A stretch of 64,000 nucleotides of DNA, taken from contig JBGQGB010000001.1 in the NCBI GenBank assembly GCA_041497195.1, positions 143,672-207,671 of the forward strand. Direction: 5' to 3'. Every line of letters begins with the position of its first letter. The stretch's first letter is position 1. The position numbers and the translations under genes are program-made. This stretch comes from Candidatus Doudnabacteria bacterium. GTDB lineage: Bacteria; Patescibacteriota; Doudnabacteria; UBA920; 2-01-FULL-46-14. Below are positions 7,827-17,108 of the stretch, piece after piece. The notes under the pieces were generated by a model. It was not told the DNA's origin. It saw nothing but the letters and a program-made list of their open reading frames with translations, and made no database searches.

Positions 7827-9143
7827 CTAATCAATCCCCGGCACGGGGTATTTACTGGCAAAGGCTTTCACCTCACGTTGAATTTTTTGAACTAACGGGT
7901 GCGCGACCAACTTTTTCGCATAATCTTTCACTGCGGCTACCCGCTTTTCCTTTTCTTCAGGCAATGCGGTTTTGGCAAACTCTTTGATAATCTCAGCAAT
8001 CCATTTCCCGATTTTTTTCATTTCTTCTTCTTTCATCCCGCGCGAAGTGAGGGCAGGCGTACCTAATCGAATCCCGGACGGGTAATACGGCGGGGACGGA
8101 TCATTGGGAATCGGGTTTTTATTGACTGTAATGTTTGCTGCCTCCAGGGCTTTTTCTACAAAAATTCCTCTCCCCGTACCGAACGGGCGCAAGTCCACCA
8201 ACAACAAATGATTATCAGTCCCGTTGGAAATAAGCTTTATTCCCTCTTCCATCAAAGTTCCAGCCAGAGTTTTGGCGTTTTTGACTATTTGCTGAGCGTA
8301 AGTGCGGAACTCCGGAGTTCCCGCTTCCGCAAGCGCCACTGCAACTCCCGCAATCGTGTGCTCGTGCGGGCCCCCCTGCATCCCGGGAAATACAGCCTTG
8401 TCTACTCTTTCTTTGTATTCCTCGCGGCAAAAAATCATGGCAGCGCGCGGACCACGCAAAGTTTTGTGCGTCGTGGTAGTAATCACATCCATAAAAGGAA
8501 ACGGCGACGGGTGGACGCCGCCAATAATCAAACCAGAAATATGCGAAATGTCAGCCATGGATAGGGCCCCGACTTCTTGAGCTATTTCGCTCATTTTTTG
8601 GAAATCAATCAAGCGCGGATAAGCCGTGAAACCGGACACGATCAATTTTGGCTGTTCCTGTTTAGCAAGCTTAAGGATCGAGTCATAATCGAGCATCTCA
8701 GTATCAGGATCGACTTCATAGTGGACGAATTTAAAAGCCCGGCCGGACAAACTCACTGGATCTCCGTGCGTGAGGTGACCGCCGTGCGCCAGGCGTAGGG
8801 ACATGATCTTATCCCCCAATTCCAGGAGCCCCAGATACACGGCAATATTGGCCGGACTGCCCGAATACGGCTGCACGTTGACGTGATACTCGCTAGCGCC
8901 GAAAACTTCTTGAGCGCGCCTTTGCGTCAACCGTTCGATTTCGTCAATGTGAACATTGCCTCCGTAATAACGCCGCCCGGGATAACCCTCAGCGTACTTG
9001 TCATTGAGGATGCTGCCCATCGCTTCGAGGACTGCAGCGGATGCGTAATTCTCGGAAGGGATCATTTCCAAGCCTTCCTTTTGCCGGATTTTTTCTTGCT
9101 CAATGATTTTGTAGACTTCCGGATCCTGTTTTTGCAGATTCAT
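7827..9143 (-). CDS. glyA: serine hydroxymethyltransferase
   Basis: 438 aa, starting MNLQKQDPEVYKIIEQEKIRQKEGLEMIPSENYASAAVLEAMGS, which matches the SHMT N-terminus. The PLP-Lys region reads TTTTHKTLRGPR. Confidence 0.95.
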   Translation of the reverse strand: MNLQKQDPEVYKIIEQEKIRQKEGLEMIPSENYASAAVLEAMGSILNDKYAEGYPGRRYYGGNVHIDEIERLTQRRAQEVFGASEYHVNVQPYSGSPANIAVYLGLLELGDKIMSLRLAHGGHLTHGDPVSLSGRAFKFVHYEVDPDTEMLDYDSILKLAKQEQPKLIVSGFTAYPRLIDFQKMSEIAQEVGALSMADISHISGLIIGGVHPSPFPFMDVITTTTHKTLRGPRAAMIFCREEYKERVDKAVFPGMQGGPHEHTIAGVAVALAEAGTPEFRTYAQQIVKNAKTLAGTLMEEGIKLISNGTDNHLLLVDLRPFGTGRGIFVEKALEAANITVNKNPIPNDPSPPYYPSGIRLGTPALTSRGMKEEEMKKIGKWIAEIIKEFAKTALPEEKEKRVAAVKDYAKKLVAHPLVQKIQREVKAFASKYPVPGID

Positions 9144-9146
9144 AGC

Positions 9147-10304
9147 TTATTTCAAAAATGCGTAAAACAAAGTCATGATGCCAACAAGGCCGAAAACCCA
9201 AAAAATGCTGCCGCCGCTGGCCAAAATTGCAATGGCCGCTAGTGCGGTGACGACTTTTCCCACGGCCAGGCTGAATTCATAAAATACACTATAGGCAATC
9301 GCGTAATCCGCGCCCTTGCTGCTGCCACGCTCATAAGTGAGCGCCAGCATCGGTACGCTCACCACGTCTTTGCCCGCCTTCGTCAGGACATCAAAAGTCA
9401 GGACTGTCGACAGAGAGGTGGCCGCAAACCGCAATAACCAAGTCACTCCGTAAAAAATCGCGCTGGGAAAAATTATACTGCGCTTATCCTTGAAATCAGC
9501 AACGCGTCCTACGTACAACATTAACATAGTCCCGATTACAGTGGCAATCGTGCTGACCAAGCCGACATTCAGAACATCAGAGATAACAACGTACATGTAG
9601 ACCGGCCACAGACACATCACCATCAAATCCTCGGCATAGCCCCAGTAGCCAAAAAAATTACTCGGGTGTTTGCGGAAAACCTGCCACAGGTTGCGCAATC
9701 TAAATTCGTGGCGCGAATATACCTCGGGGCTGGTGAACAGCGGGTAAGCTGAAAAAAGCATAATAATCGACGCGCCAATGAACAAAAACAGAAACCCAAA
9801 TTGTTCGGAAATAAACCCGCCCAAAAACGGACCGAGAATAAACGCCAACTGCACGAGGGCTTCCAAAACGCCGATTTCTCGGCCCCTTTGCATCGCCCGC
9901 GAAGACAAAGACACTTCGGCATTGTAAGCCGGCCAAAACCACGATTTCTGAAGAGCGTAGAAAAAGGGCGCCGCAAAAATGAGCGCCGGATGAGCGCGAA
10001 CTGAAAACAAAATCAGCCAGTAAATAACGTAGAAAATATTCGCGACAAAGATCGAGTGTTTGTACCCGAAACGGCTGGCAAACTTGGCGCCCAAGGTGAC
10101 GAGCAAGGCGTATAGTACGTACACTTCCACGTAAAACCACATTATCCGGATCAAGCCATACCCGAGCGTATACAGATAAATCGGCTCGAAAATAAACACC
10201 AGAGAAATAGCGAGATTGTTCAAAAACGCGTTCCAATACACTTCTTCAACCTCGCGGTTCAAGTGCTTGGAAAAATAGTGGAATCGATATTTCATCTTAA
10301 GCAT
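9147..10304 (-). CDS. MFS-type transporter (predicted)
   Basis: 385 aa with about 12 TM segments and a two-halves MFS-like organisation. No substrate can be inferred. Confidence 0.55.
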   Translation of the reverse strand: MLKMKYRFHYFSKHLNREVEEVYWNAFLNNLAISLVFIFEPIYLYTLGYGLIRIMWFYVEVYVLYALLVTLGAKFASRFGYKHSIFVANIFYVIYWLILFSVRAHPALIFAAPFFYALQKSWFWPAYNAEVSLSSRAMQRGREIGVLEALVQLAFILGPFLGGFISEQFGFLFLFIGASIIMLFSAYPLFTSPEVYSRHEFRLRNLWQVFRKHPSNFFGYWGYAEDLMVMCLWPVYMYVVISDVLNVGLVSTIATVIGTMLMLYVGRVADFKDKRSIIFPSAIFYGVTWLLRFAATSLSTVLTFDVLTKAGKDVVSVPMLALTYERGSSKGADYAIAYSVFYEFSLAVGKVVTALAAIAILASGGSIFWVFGLVGIMTLFYAFLK

Positions 10305-10929
10305 TGTGCAAGGCTTTGAGTATGAGTTTTTTACTCAGCGGCCCTTTGCGCAAAATCCTGATCTTACCATGTCGAATCTCAACGAGCGTGGATGGGCGTC
10401 TTTTGGGCAACCGGCCGGCATCCAAGTACAAATCAGGCTGCCGAATTTTGGTTTGAAATTCCTTCAGCGTTTCTGCAATCGAGTAGGGAGTACGCCCACC
10501 CGCAAAGTTCGCGCTAGTGGCCGTAATCGGCCGACCCAGCTTCCTCACCAAACTCAGGGCGATTTTGTTCTTGGGCATCCGAATGCCGAGCCTACCTGAG
10601 CCTGCCGAGAGTTTGCGGACTGAGGCTGGAATTTTTGGCTTGAGGGGCAGCACCAAACTCAAGGGACCTGGCAAAAAGTGACGAAACAAAGCCGTGGACT
10701 GCTCATCAAAAAAAACGTATTGTTTGGCCATCTGCAGTGAGGTCACGACCACGTGCACCGGTTTGGCAAAATTTCTCCCTTTCAAACGATAAAGCCTGGC
10801 CACCGCCCGCGAATTCAAAGCGTCGACCCCGAGTCCGTAAGCCGTGTCAGTGGGATATACCATACTACCTCCGGTGCGGAGGCAGCGTACCGCTTTTTCT
10901 ATTGCTTTTTGGTTTGGTTTGAGTATCAA
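10297..10929 (-). CDS. tsaC: L-threonylcarbamoyladenylate synthase (YrdC/Sua5 family, tRNA t6A pathway)
   Basis: It carries YrdC-domain motifs: VYPTDTAYGLGVDALN, RLYRLKGRNFAKPVHVVV and ATSANFAGG. Confidence 0.85.
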   Translation of the reverse strand: MILKPNQKAIEKAVRCLRTGGSMVYPTDTAYGLGVDALNSRAVARLYRLKGRNFAKPVHVVVTSLQMAKQYVFFDEQSTALFRHFLPGPLSLVLPLKPKIPASVRKLSAGSGRLGIRMPKNKIALSLVRKLGRPITATSANFAGGRTPYSIAETLKEFQTKIRQPDLYLDAGRLPKRRPSTLVEIRHGKIRILRKGPLSKKLILKALHNA

Positions 10930-10944
10930 AACGGTGGAGTCTAA

Positions 10945-11637
10945 TTAGATACTGACTTGGGAATGATTGGTTAGATCATTCGGGGAGCCGACCTTGTGCC
11001 ACCACTGCGCTTTGACCACGCTGACTTTGGCTCCCTTTTTTACCATCTGCAAAAAAGTCTGCGGCAAACCATATTCAGTGGCCGGAATCCCAGCCGAGAC
11101 CAGCGGATAGTCAAAAAAAGTTTCGTCCAGAACGTATGCCCCAGTATTTACCATCACACCTCGCTGAGCCGGTTGCCTTTCCACAATATCGATGACCTGG
11201 CCGTAGTCATCGGTTTTGATCAGGCCGTTGCGGCCATCTTTGAGCGCGTCGTCGCGCATTTCCCATATCAAAATCGCCAGAGACTTTTTGACGAGCGCTT
11301 CCAAATCTTTTTTGTAATACAAATCATCACCCATGATGACCAAAAAACGGCCGTGCAATCTCCCTTTGCACATGGACAGCGCGTGCGCCGTGCCCTTGAG
11401 ATCTTTCTGTTGAACGTAAATAATTTTTTTACCCAAAAATTCATTTCCAATGAATGTTCGGATTTGCTCCTCCAAATAGCCAACTACCAAAACTACCTCA
11501 TCAATCTCATCCGGCATGGCTGTGAGGTTGTGCTCGAGAAGCGTACGATCTTGAATTTTCAAAAGCGGCTTTGGGGTATTTTTTGTCAGCTCCCCCATCC
11601 GGGTACCCAGACCTGCCGCTAGAATAACTGCTTGCAT
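10945..11637 (-). CDS. sugar-phosphate nucleotidyltransferase (NTP_transferase family)
   Basis: The N-terminus MQAVILAAGLGTRMGELTKNTPKPLL is the canonical nucleotidyltransferase GXGXR motif. Confidence 0.8.
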   Translation of the reverse strand: MQAVILAAGLGTRMGELTKNTPKPLLKIQDRTLLEHNLTAMPDEIDEVVLVVGYLEEQIRTFIGNEFLGKKIIYVQQKDLKGTAHALSMCKGRLHGRFLVIMGDDLYYKKDLEALVKKSLAILIWEMRDDALKDGRNGLIKTDDYGQVIDIVERQPAQRGVMVNTGAYVLDETFFDYPLVSAGIPATEYGLPQTFLQMVKKGAKVSVVKAQWWHKVGSPNDLTNHSQVSI

Positions 11638-11648
11638 AAGTCGAGGGG

Positions 11649-14600
11649 CTACGTACCAACCACAAAATTAATAATCTTGCCTGGGACATAGATTACCTTG
11701 CGTACCGTCTTGCCGTCAAGGTATTTGGCCACATTCTCTTCTTTCAAAGCTTGCAGCTTTGCAGCATCTTCCCCCGCATTCACTGGAAGCTCTATCGTAG
11801 CGCGATGCTTGCCGTTGACCTGGACTGCAACAGATACCTTTTCTTCTTTGATGAGCTCCGGGTCATACTTTGGCCATTGTTCGAGTTGAATGGATTTTTT
11901 ATGGCCAAGTTCAGCCCAAAGCTCTTCAGTCAGGTGAGGTGCAAAAGGAAAAAGCAGTTTTAAAAAAATTTTCCAATCATTCTTACTTATGTCGTGGTAC
12001 TGATAATATTCCATAAAAGCAGCAACAGCAGTATTAAACTTAAACGCCTGAATATCCATTGTAATCTTCTTTATGAGCTTATGAATTTTAGGAGAATCGG
12101 GATGGCTGTTCTCCTGTGTATAAAAATTAGATACTCGACTCAAAAATCTGAATACACCTTTTATCCCATCAATATTCCACGGCTTTGCGTCCTCCAGAGG
12201 CCCCATAAACATTTCATACATCCGCATTGAGTCCGCGCCAAATTCCTCAACAATATCGTCAGGATTGATGACATTACCGCGCGATTTGCTCATCTTCTGC
12301 CCGTCAGGACCTAGAACCAGCCCTTGATTTCGCAGTTTCAAAAATGGCTCGTCAAAGTTGAGATATCCCAAATCGCGCAAAACTTTGCAGAAAAACCGGG
12401 CATACATCAGATGCAGAACCGCGTGCTCTGCCCCGCCAACATACACATCCACCGGACACCATTTGGCGATTTCTTTGGCTGACGCAAACTCTTTTGCGTT
12501 GTTCGGATCAGTGTAGCGCAGCCAATACCAGGACGAATCAACAAAAGTGTCCATGGTATCAGTCTCCCGACGAGCTGCCTTGCCGCAATTTGGACACTTC
12601 ACCTTATTGAAAGATTTTGATCGTGCTAGTGGTGACTCTCCAGTCGGCTGAAAATCCACGTCTGTTGGAAGTGTGACAGGGAGGTCTTTTTCCGGCACTG
12701 CCTGCATGCCGCAATCGTGGCAATAAATGATGGGGATGGGAGCTCCCCAATACCGCTGCCGGCTGATCAACCAATCGCGAAGTTTGAATTGAACGGCTCT
12801 ACTACCGATTTCATTTTTTTCTAACCATTCAATAACTTTATTCTTCGCCTCACGGACTGTTAGGCCATTCAAAAAATCAGAATTTATTACCTTAGCCTCC
12901 CAGTCATCATGAACAAATGGGGTATGCTCTATATATTTAAAACCCCCGGCCTTTATCTCTTTAAAGACTTTTTTCTTTGCTTCCTCGGTATTAAATTCAA
13001 ATGCATGGAACCACCTATTAAAATAGCGTGTGGCACTATACCGCGGGTAATCCTCTATGCTAACCTTTTCCTTAGTAATTATTTCTTGCAATTTGATCAT
13101 CTTCGCCTGCTGCTCTGTGCTCCCAATAAGCTCAATACTAATTCCATCATTTACTTTTCTAATATTTATTCCTTGCTGGGTAGCAAACTCCCAATCTCTA
13201 AAATCATGTGCAGGCACGGCCATGATGGCGCCAGTGCCATAATTCATCAAAACATAATCAGCTATCCAGACTGGGATTTTTTCTTTGGTTGCTGGATTGA
13301 TCGCCCACACCCCTTTGAGCTCGACTCCGATTTTGTCTTTTTCCAGAGCTGTTCTTTGGAGTTCTGTTTTACTCTTTGCCTGCTCGATATATTTTTCGAC
13401 CTCTTGAAAATTGGAAATTGAAAATTGCAAATTCTTCACCTGCGGGTTCTCTGGAGCCAAAACCATATAGGTTGCTCCAAATATTGTATCGGGTCGAGTG
13501 GTAAAAACTTTGATGGAATTTTTGACCGCATTCAAAACTTCCAGCTCCTCTTTCCCCTTCACATGAGGCTTCGAGGCTCTGAATTTTACCAAACTGCCTC
13601 CTAGTTTTTCTTTCAAGGCCAAAGAAGCTGATTCTGGCACGATCTGATCGCTTTCATCCTGCAAAATGACGATTTGCTTCGCGTTCTTCTTTATGGCTTC
13701 AAAATCAAAATTCCAGTTCAGCTCCTTTTCAAACGACCGGGCCTTGTCCAAAAATTTTGGGGTTAGAAAACTCCCAACCAAGACTAGCTTGGAAATAGGC
13801 TGTTTCAATTTTTCCAGCATTTTGAGAGCCATCACGCCACCCAGACTGTGCCCGATCAAAACCGAACCTTCATCCAGGCGGGATTTCTGCAAAAGATCGG
13901 CGATTATTTCATTTTCCGGATATTTTTCCGTTCTTTTGTATACTATTGTTTGCGCTCTGGCTCCAGTGGATTGTAAACTTTTGGTTAACCAGGGATAAAA
14001 ATTATCTTGTTCGCTACTAGTCCAGCCCGGCAGGACAATATAGTTGGATTTTATGGCAAGCGGAAACTCAATCTCCGCTCCTTCGCTTCTTCCGATCCAA
14101 TTCCGTTGCATGGTCTTAATCGGCTCCGGCCAGTCTATCTTCTCTAAGCCGTCCAGCAACTCATCCGCATAGTCAGTAATTTTATAAAACCACTGCGATA
14201 GAAGCTTCTGCACAACCTGCGTGCCGCAACGCTCGCAGCGACCAGCGATGACTTGCTCATTCGCCAAAACTGTCTGGTCTTTGGGGCACCAGTTCACATA
14301 AGCTTCTTTGCGATACGCCAGACCCTTCTCGTAAAATTTCAGGAACAGCCACTGCGTCCATTTATAATATTCCGGATCCGAAGTATTTACTTCCCGGTCC
14401 CAGTCGTAGGACAGCCCCAGGGACTGAATCTGCTGTCTGAATCTTTTGATATTGGCCGCGGTTGATTTGGCCGGGTGAATTTTTTCTTTGATCGCATAAT
14501 TCTCGGCCGGCAACCCAAAAGCATCCCAACCCATCGGGTGCAGGACGTCATAGCCGTTCATGCGCAGATACCGTGAATAGATGTCAGTCGCGGTATAACC

Positions 14601-14762
14601 TTCGGGATGGCCGACGTGCAGCCCCGCGCCCGAGGGATAAGGAAACATATCCAGGATATATTTCTTTTTCTTCCCCGGATTTTTCGGCGTGGCGTAGAGC
14701 TTCTGCTCTGCCCATTTCTTCTGCCACTTTTTTTCAATTTTGCTGTGATTGTACTTGGTCAT
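11649..14762 (-). CDS. leuS: leucyl-tRNA synthetase with an extra inserted serine-hydrolase-like domain
   Basis: 1037 aa. It carries HMGH-like (PYPSGAGLHVGHPEGY) and KMSKS (QKMSKSRGNV) motifs, a CERCGTQV zinc region and TTRPDTIFGATY at the start of the editing domain. A roughly 170-aa insertion lies between the Zn-1 region and TTRPDT (see the separate feature). Confidence 0.95.
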   Translation of the reverse strand: MTKYNHSKIEKKWQKKWAEQKLYATPKNPGKKKKYILDMFPYPSGAGLHVGHPEGYTATDIYSRYLRMNGYDVLHPMGWDAFGLPAENYAIKEKIHPAKSTAANIKRFRQQIQSLGLSYDWDREVNTSDPEYYKWTQWLFLKFYEKGLAYRKEAYVNWCPKDQTVLANEQVIAGRCERCGTQVVQKLLSQWFYKITDYADELLDGLEKIDWPEPIKTMQRNWIGRSEGAEIEFPLAIKSNYIVLPGWTSSEQDNFYPWLTKSLQSTGARAQTIVYKRTEKYPENEIIADLLQKSRLDEGSVLIGHSLGGVMALKMLEKLKQPISKLVLVGSFLTPKFLDKARSFEKELNWNFDFEAIKKNAKQIVILQDESDQIVPESASLALKEKLGGSLVKFRASKPHVKGKEELEVLNAVKNSIKVFTTRPDTIFGATYMVLAPENPQVKNLQFSISNFQEVEKYIEQAKSKTELQRTALEKDKIGVELKGVWAINPATKEKIPVWIADYVLMNYGTGAIMAVPAHDFRDWEFATQQGINIRKVNDGISIELIGSTEQQAKMIKLQEIITKEKVSIEDYPRYSATRYFNRWFHAFEFNTEEAKKKVFKEIKAGGFKYIEHTPFVHDDWEAKVINSDFLNGLTVREAKNKVIEWLEKNEIGSRAVQFKLRDWLISRQRYWGAPIPIIYCHDCGMQAVPEKDLPVTLPTDVDFQPTGESPLARSKSFNKVKCPNCGKAARRETDTMDTFVDSSWYWLRYTDPNNAKEFASAKEIAKWCPVDVYVGGAEHAVLHLMYARFFCKVLRDLGYLNFDEPFLKLRNQGLVLGPDGQKMSKSRGNVINPDDIVEEFGADSMRMYEMFMGPLEDAKPWNIDGIKGVFRFLSRVSNFYTQENSHPDSPKIHKLIKKITMDIQAFKFNTAVAAFMEYYQYHDISKNDWKIFLKLLFPFAPHLTEELWAELGHKKSIQLEQWPKYDPELIKEEKVSVAVQVNGKHRATIELPVNAGEDAAKLQALKEENVAKYLDGKTVRKVIYVPGKIINFVVGT
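13535..14045 (-). other. RBBP9/YdeN-like (PF06821-type) alpha/beta serine-hydrolase domain inserted in-frame within leuS
   Basis: LeuS residues about 240-410 read YIVLPGWTSSEQDNFYPWLTKSLQ...VLIGHSLGGVMALKML...VILQDESDQIVP...RASKPH. They contain a GxSxG nucleophile elbow (GHSLGG) and candidate Asp and His triad residues. In E. coli LeuS only about 20 residues separate the equivalent flanks (NWIGRSEG ... TTRPDT). Confidence 0.6.
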
Positions 14763-15526
14763 CGCTTTTTCAAGCTAAGTTCTTTCATAATTTTCGAATG
14801 CAAAACCGGATTGGCGGCGAAGATCGACTCCGAATTCCATTTGTAAGATTTTCCAAATATATCGGTGACTTTAGCGCCTGCTTCTCCCGCAATAAGTGCG
14901 CCCGGTGCGTAATCCCAGATTTCACCAATAGTGTTAATATCGAAATCAATCCGGCCAGCCGCCACCCAGGCCAGGGTCAAACCGCCGGAAGCGAGCGAAT
15001 TATCCCAAATGTCGAAATCTAAAATCAGTCTTTGGAGCTTTTGAGACAGCGTCGGGGATGGCCGATCACGGCCCCAGACAATGGCTGCAAGCGAGGACTC
15101 TATCTTATCTACTGAATTCACCCTGATTCGCTGATTGTTCAAAAAAGCACCTCGGCCTTTTGTTGCAAAGAAATATTCGTCGTGGATCGGGTCATAAACC
15201 GCGCCGACTTCAATCCTCCCGTGCTTCACGAAAGCAAGCATGGTACAAAAGACGGGAATTCCCCTTGCAAAATTTCTCGTCCCGTCCAAAGGATCAACTA
15301 TCCAGAATTGATTTTTATCTCCCTTGAATCCCGTTTCTTCTCCCAGTATTCCGTGGCCAGGAAAACGCTTGTGGAGCTTATCCGCCACAAATTTTTCAGC
15401 AGCCAGATCATACTGCGTGGTAATATCCCAAAATCCATTTTTTTCCTTAATTCGGAGTTTCTTGCCGAACCCCTCCCGCAAAATCGCTCCGGCGCCTTTG
15501 GCTAAATTTTTGATGAAAGTTTCCAT
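14759..15526 (-). CDS. inositol monophosphatase family protein (paralog 1)
   Basis: It carries IMPase motifs WIVDPLDGTRNFARGIPVF and a C-terminal WDYAPG. The start ATG overlaps the stop of paralog 2 (TAATG), and the stop overlaps the leuS ATG (ATGA). Confidence 0.85.
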   Translation of the reverse strand: METFIKNLAKGAGAILREGFGKKLRIKEKNGFWDITTQYDLAAEKFVADKLHKRFPGHGILGEETGFKGDKNQFWIVDPLDGTRNFARGIPVFCTMLAFVKHGRIEVGAVYDPIHDEYFFATKGRGAFLNNQRIRVNSVDKIESSLAAIVWGRDRPSPTLSQKLQRLILDFDIWDNSLASGGLTLAWVAAGRIDFDINTIGEIWDYAPGALIAGEAGAKVTDIFGKSYKWNSESIFAANPVLHSKIMKELSLKKR

Positions 15527-16281
15527 TATTTTAGCTCCCGCATTATTTTACGATGCAAAAGCGGACTTGCCGCTACGATACTTCGTGAACTCCAATCATA
15601 TTTCTCGCCATTCAACTGAGAAATTTGGCCACCTGCCGCTTTGACCATCAAACTACCTGCCACATAATCCCACGGGCTGGCGCCGCTAAAAATTGCTAAA
15701 TCGAAACGTCCGCTCGCCACGTAAGCAAGAGACAATGCAGCCGTGGAAATATAAGCATTCCACAATTTCGTCCGCAAAACAAAAGCCTGGAGCCGAGCCT
15801 GCAGTCTGCTTGTCATCACATCGGGACTTTGCTCTACAGAACCTAGCGCCGATTGCAAATGCCTTTGCTTGCTCACAAAAATCTTTTTTCCGTTCAAAAA
15901 AGCGCCGCCGTTTTTCTTGGCAAAAAAAAGCTCTTGTGCCATTGGATTATAGATTGCGGCGTATATCGGGATATTTTCTTCCAAAAAACAAATCGCAACG
16001 CAAAATATCGGTATTCCGCGGGAAAAATTGAGCGTTCCATCGAGAGGATCAATAACCCACATATACCTCCCTACTGTGCGATGCGTTTTTTCTTCTGAAT
16101 AGATGGAATGACCTGGAAATTTTTTGCGAATTGTGTCAATCAAAAACTTTTCTGACGCCAAATCATATTTAGTAACGACATCACGCGCACCTTTTTTTTG
16201 ACCGATATTAATTTTCTTGCCAAGCCCGCCCCGCAAAATGGCTCCAGCGCCTTTGGCTAAATTTTTGATGAAAGTTTCCAT
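15526..16281 (-). CDS. inositol monophosphatase family protein (paralog 2, tandem duplicate)
   Basis: It carries WVIDPLDGTLNFSRGIPIF. The first 17 aa (METFIKNLAKGAGAILR) and about 40 nt of the 5' coding sequence are identical to paralog 1; the rest is diverged. Confidence 0.85.
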   Translation of the reverse strand: METFIKNLAKGAGAILRGGLGKKINIGQKKGARDVVTKYDLASEKFLIDTIRKKFPGHSIYSEEKTHRTVGRYMWVIDPLDGTLNFSRGIPIFCVAICFLEENIPIYAAIYNPMAQELFFAKKNGGAFLNGKKIFVSKQRHLQSALGSVEQSPDVMTSRLQARLQAFVLRTKLWNAYISTAALSLAYVASGRFDLAIFSGASPWDYVAGSLMVKAAGGQISQLNGEKYDWSSRSIVAASPLLHRKIMRELK

Positions 16282-17106
16282 CTAGATTTGAAATAATTCT
16301 CTGGCATTCTTGGTCGTCGCTTCCTCTACTTCCGCGACTTCAACTTTTTTCCATTCCGCGATTTTTTGCGCCACGTATTTTACATAGGCCGGCTCATTGC
16401 GCTTGCCGCGAAACGGCACTGGCGTCAGGTAGGGTGCGTCTGTTTCCACCAAAATCCGCTCGAGCGGACAATTTTTGACCACCTCTTCGCTTCGGCCGGT
16501 CTTATCAAAAGTGATAATGCCATTGAGAGCGATGTACAATCCCAAATCAGTAAACTTTTTCGCTTGCGCCCAGGTGCCAGTAAAACTGTGGACCTCTCCC
16601 GGTCCGTCATAATGAGTTTGTAAAATCTCAAACAAATCGTCATACGCATCGCGGCAGTGGATCATCACAGGCTTGCCCGTCTCCTTGGCCAGCAACAAAT
16701 GCTGCTTCACGACTTCTTCCTGGATTTTGCGAACTGTGGCCGGATCCTCGTTTGGCGGCATCCGGTAATAGTCCAGGCCAAACTCCCCTATGGCTACGAC
16801 CTTGATACTCCGGCTGACCAAATCCTTGTAGCTATCAGCGTTGAACTCCTCCCCTCGGGTGCGAAAACTGGTTTCCTCCTCATCCACGTGATGCTCAAAC
16901 AGGTGGATGGGGTGCAAGCCCACGGCCGCATAGACTCCGTCAGAATATCCCTCAGCCATCTCGACCGCTCGGCGGCTGGTCTCAAATTGGGTACCCACGT
17001 TCACGAGCCAAATATCCTCAGCAAGGCTTCGTTCCACTGCCGCATCCGCATCTCCGCGAAACGCCTGGAAATTAACATGTGTATGAGTGTCAATCAGTCG
17101 CGGCAT
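16282..17106 (-). CDS. tatD: TatD-family metal-dependent hydrolase/DNase
   Basis: The N-terminus MPRLIDTHTHVNF and the GLHP and EIGLDY-like (GEFGLDY) motifs are typical of TatD. Confidence 0.85.
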   Translation of the reverse strand: MPRLIDTHTHVNFQAFRGDADAAVERSLAEDIWLVNVGTQFETSRRAVEMAEGYSDGVYAAVGLHPIHLFEHHVDEEETSFRTRGEEFNADSYKDLVSRSIKVVAIGEFGLDYYRMPPNEDPATVRKIQEEVVKQHLLLAKETGKPVMIHCRDAYDDLFEILQTHYDGPGEVHSFTGTWAQAKKFTDLGLYIALNGIITFDKTGRSEEVVKNCPLERILVETDAPYLTPVPFRGKRNEPAYVKYVAQKIAEWKKVEVAEVEEATTKNARELFQI

Positions 17107-17108
17107 AA

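Noticed and set aside
12909-13421. Antisense ORFs inside leuS, metG, clpB, pnp, copB and cyoB (e.g. 12909..13421 +, 17361..18287 +, 32359..32784 -, 26890..27489 +, 60292..60534 +)
   Set aside because: They are shadows of long, well-supported genes on the opposite strand with no motifs. This is expected in moderately GC-rich coding sequence.
13535-14045. Intein as an explanation for the leuS insertion
   Set aside because: There is no Cys/Ser/Thr at the insertion junctions in an intein-like context, no HN C-terminal motif and no endonuclease blocks. The GHSLGG/alpha-beta-hydrolase signature fits much better.
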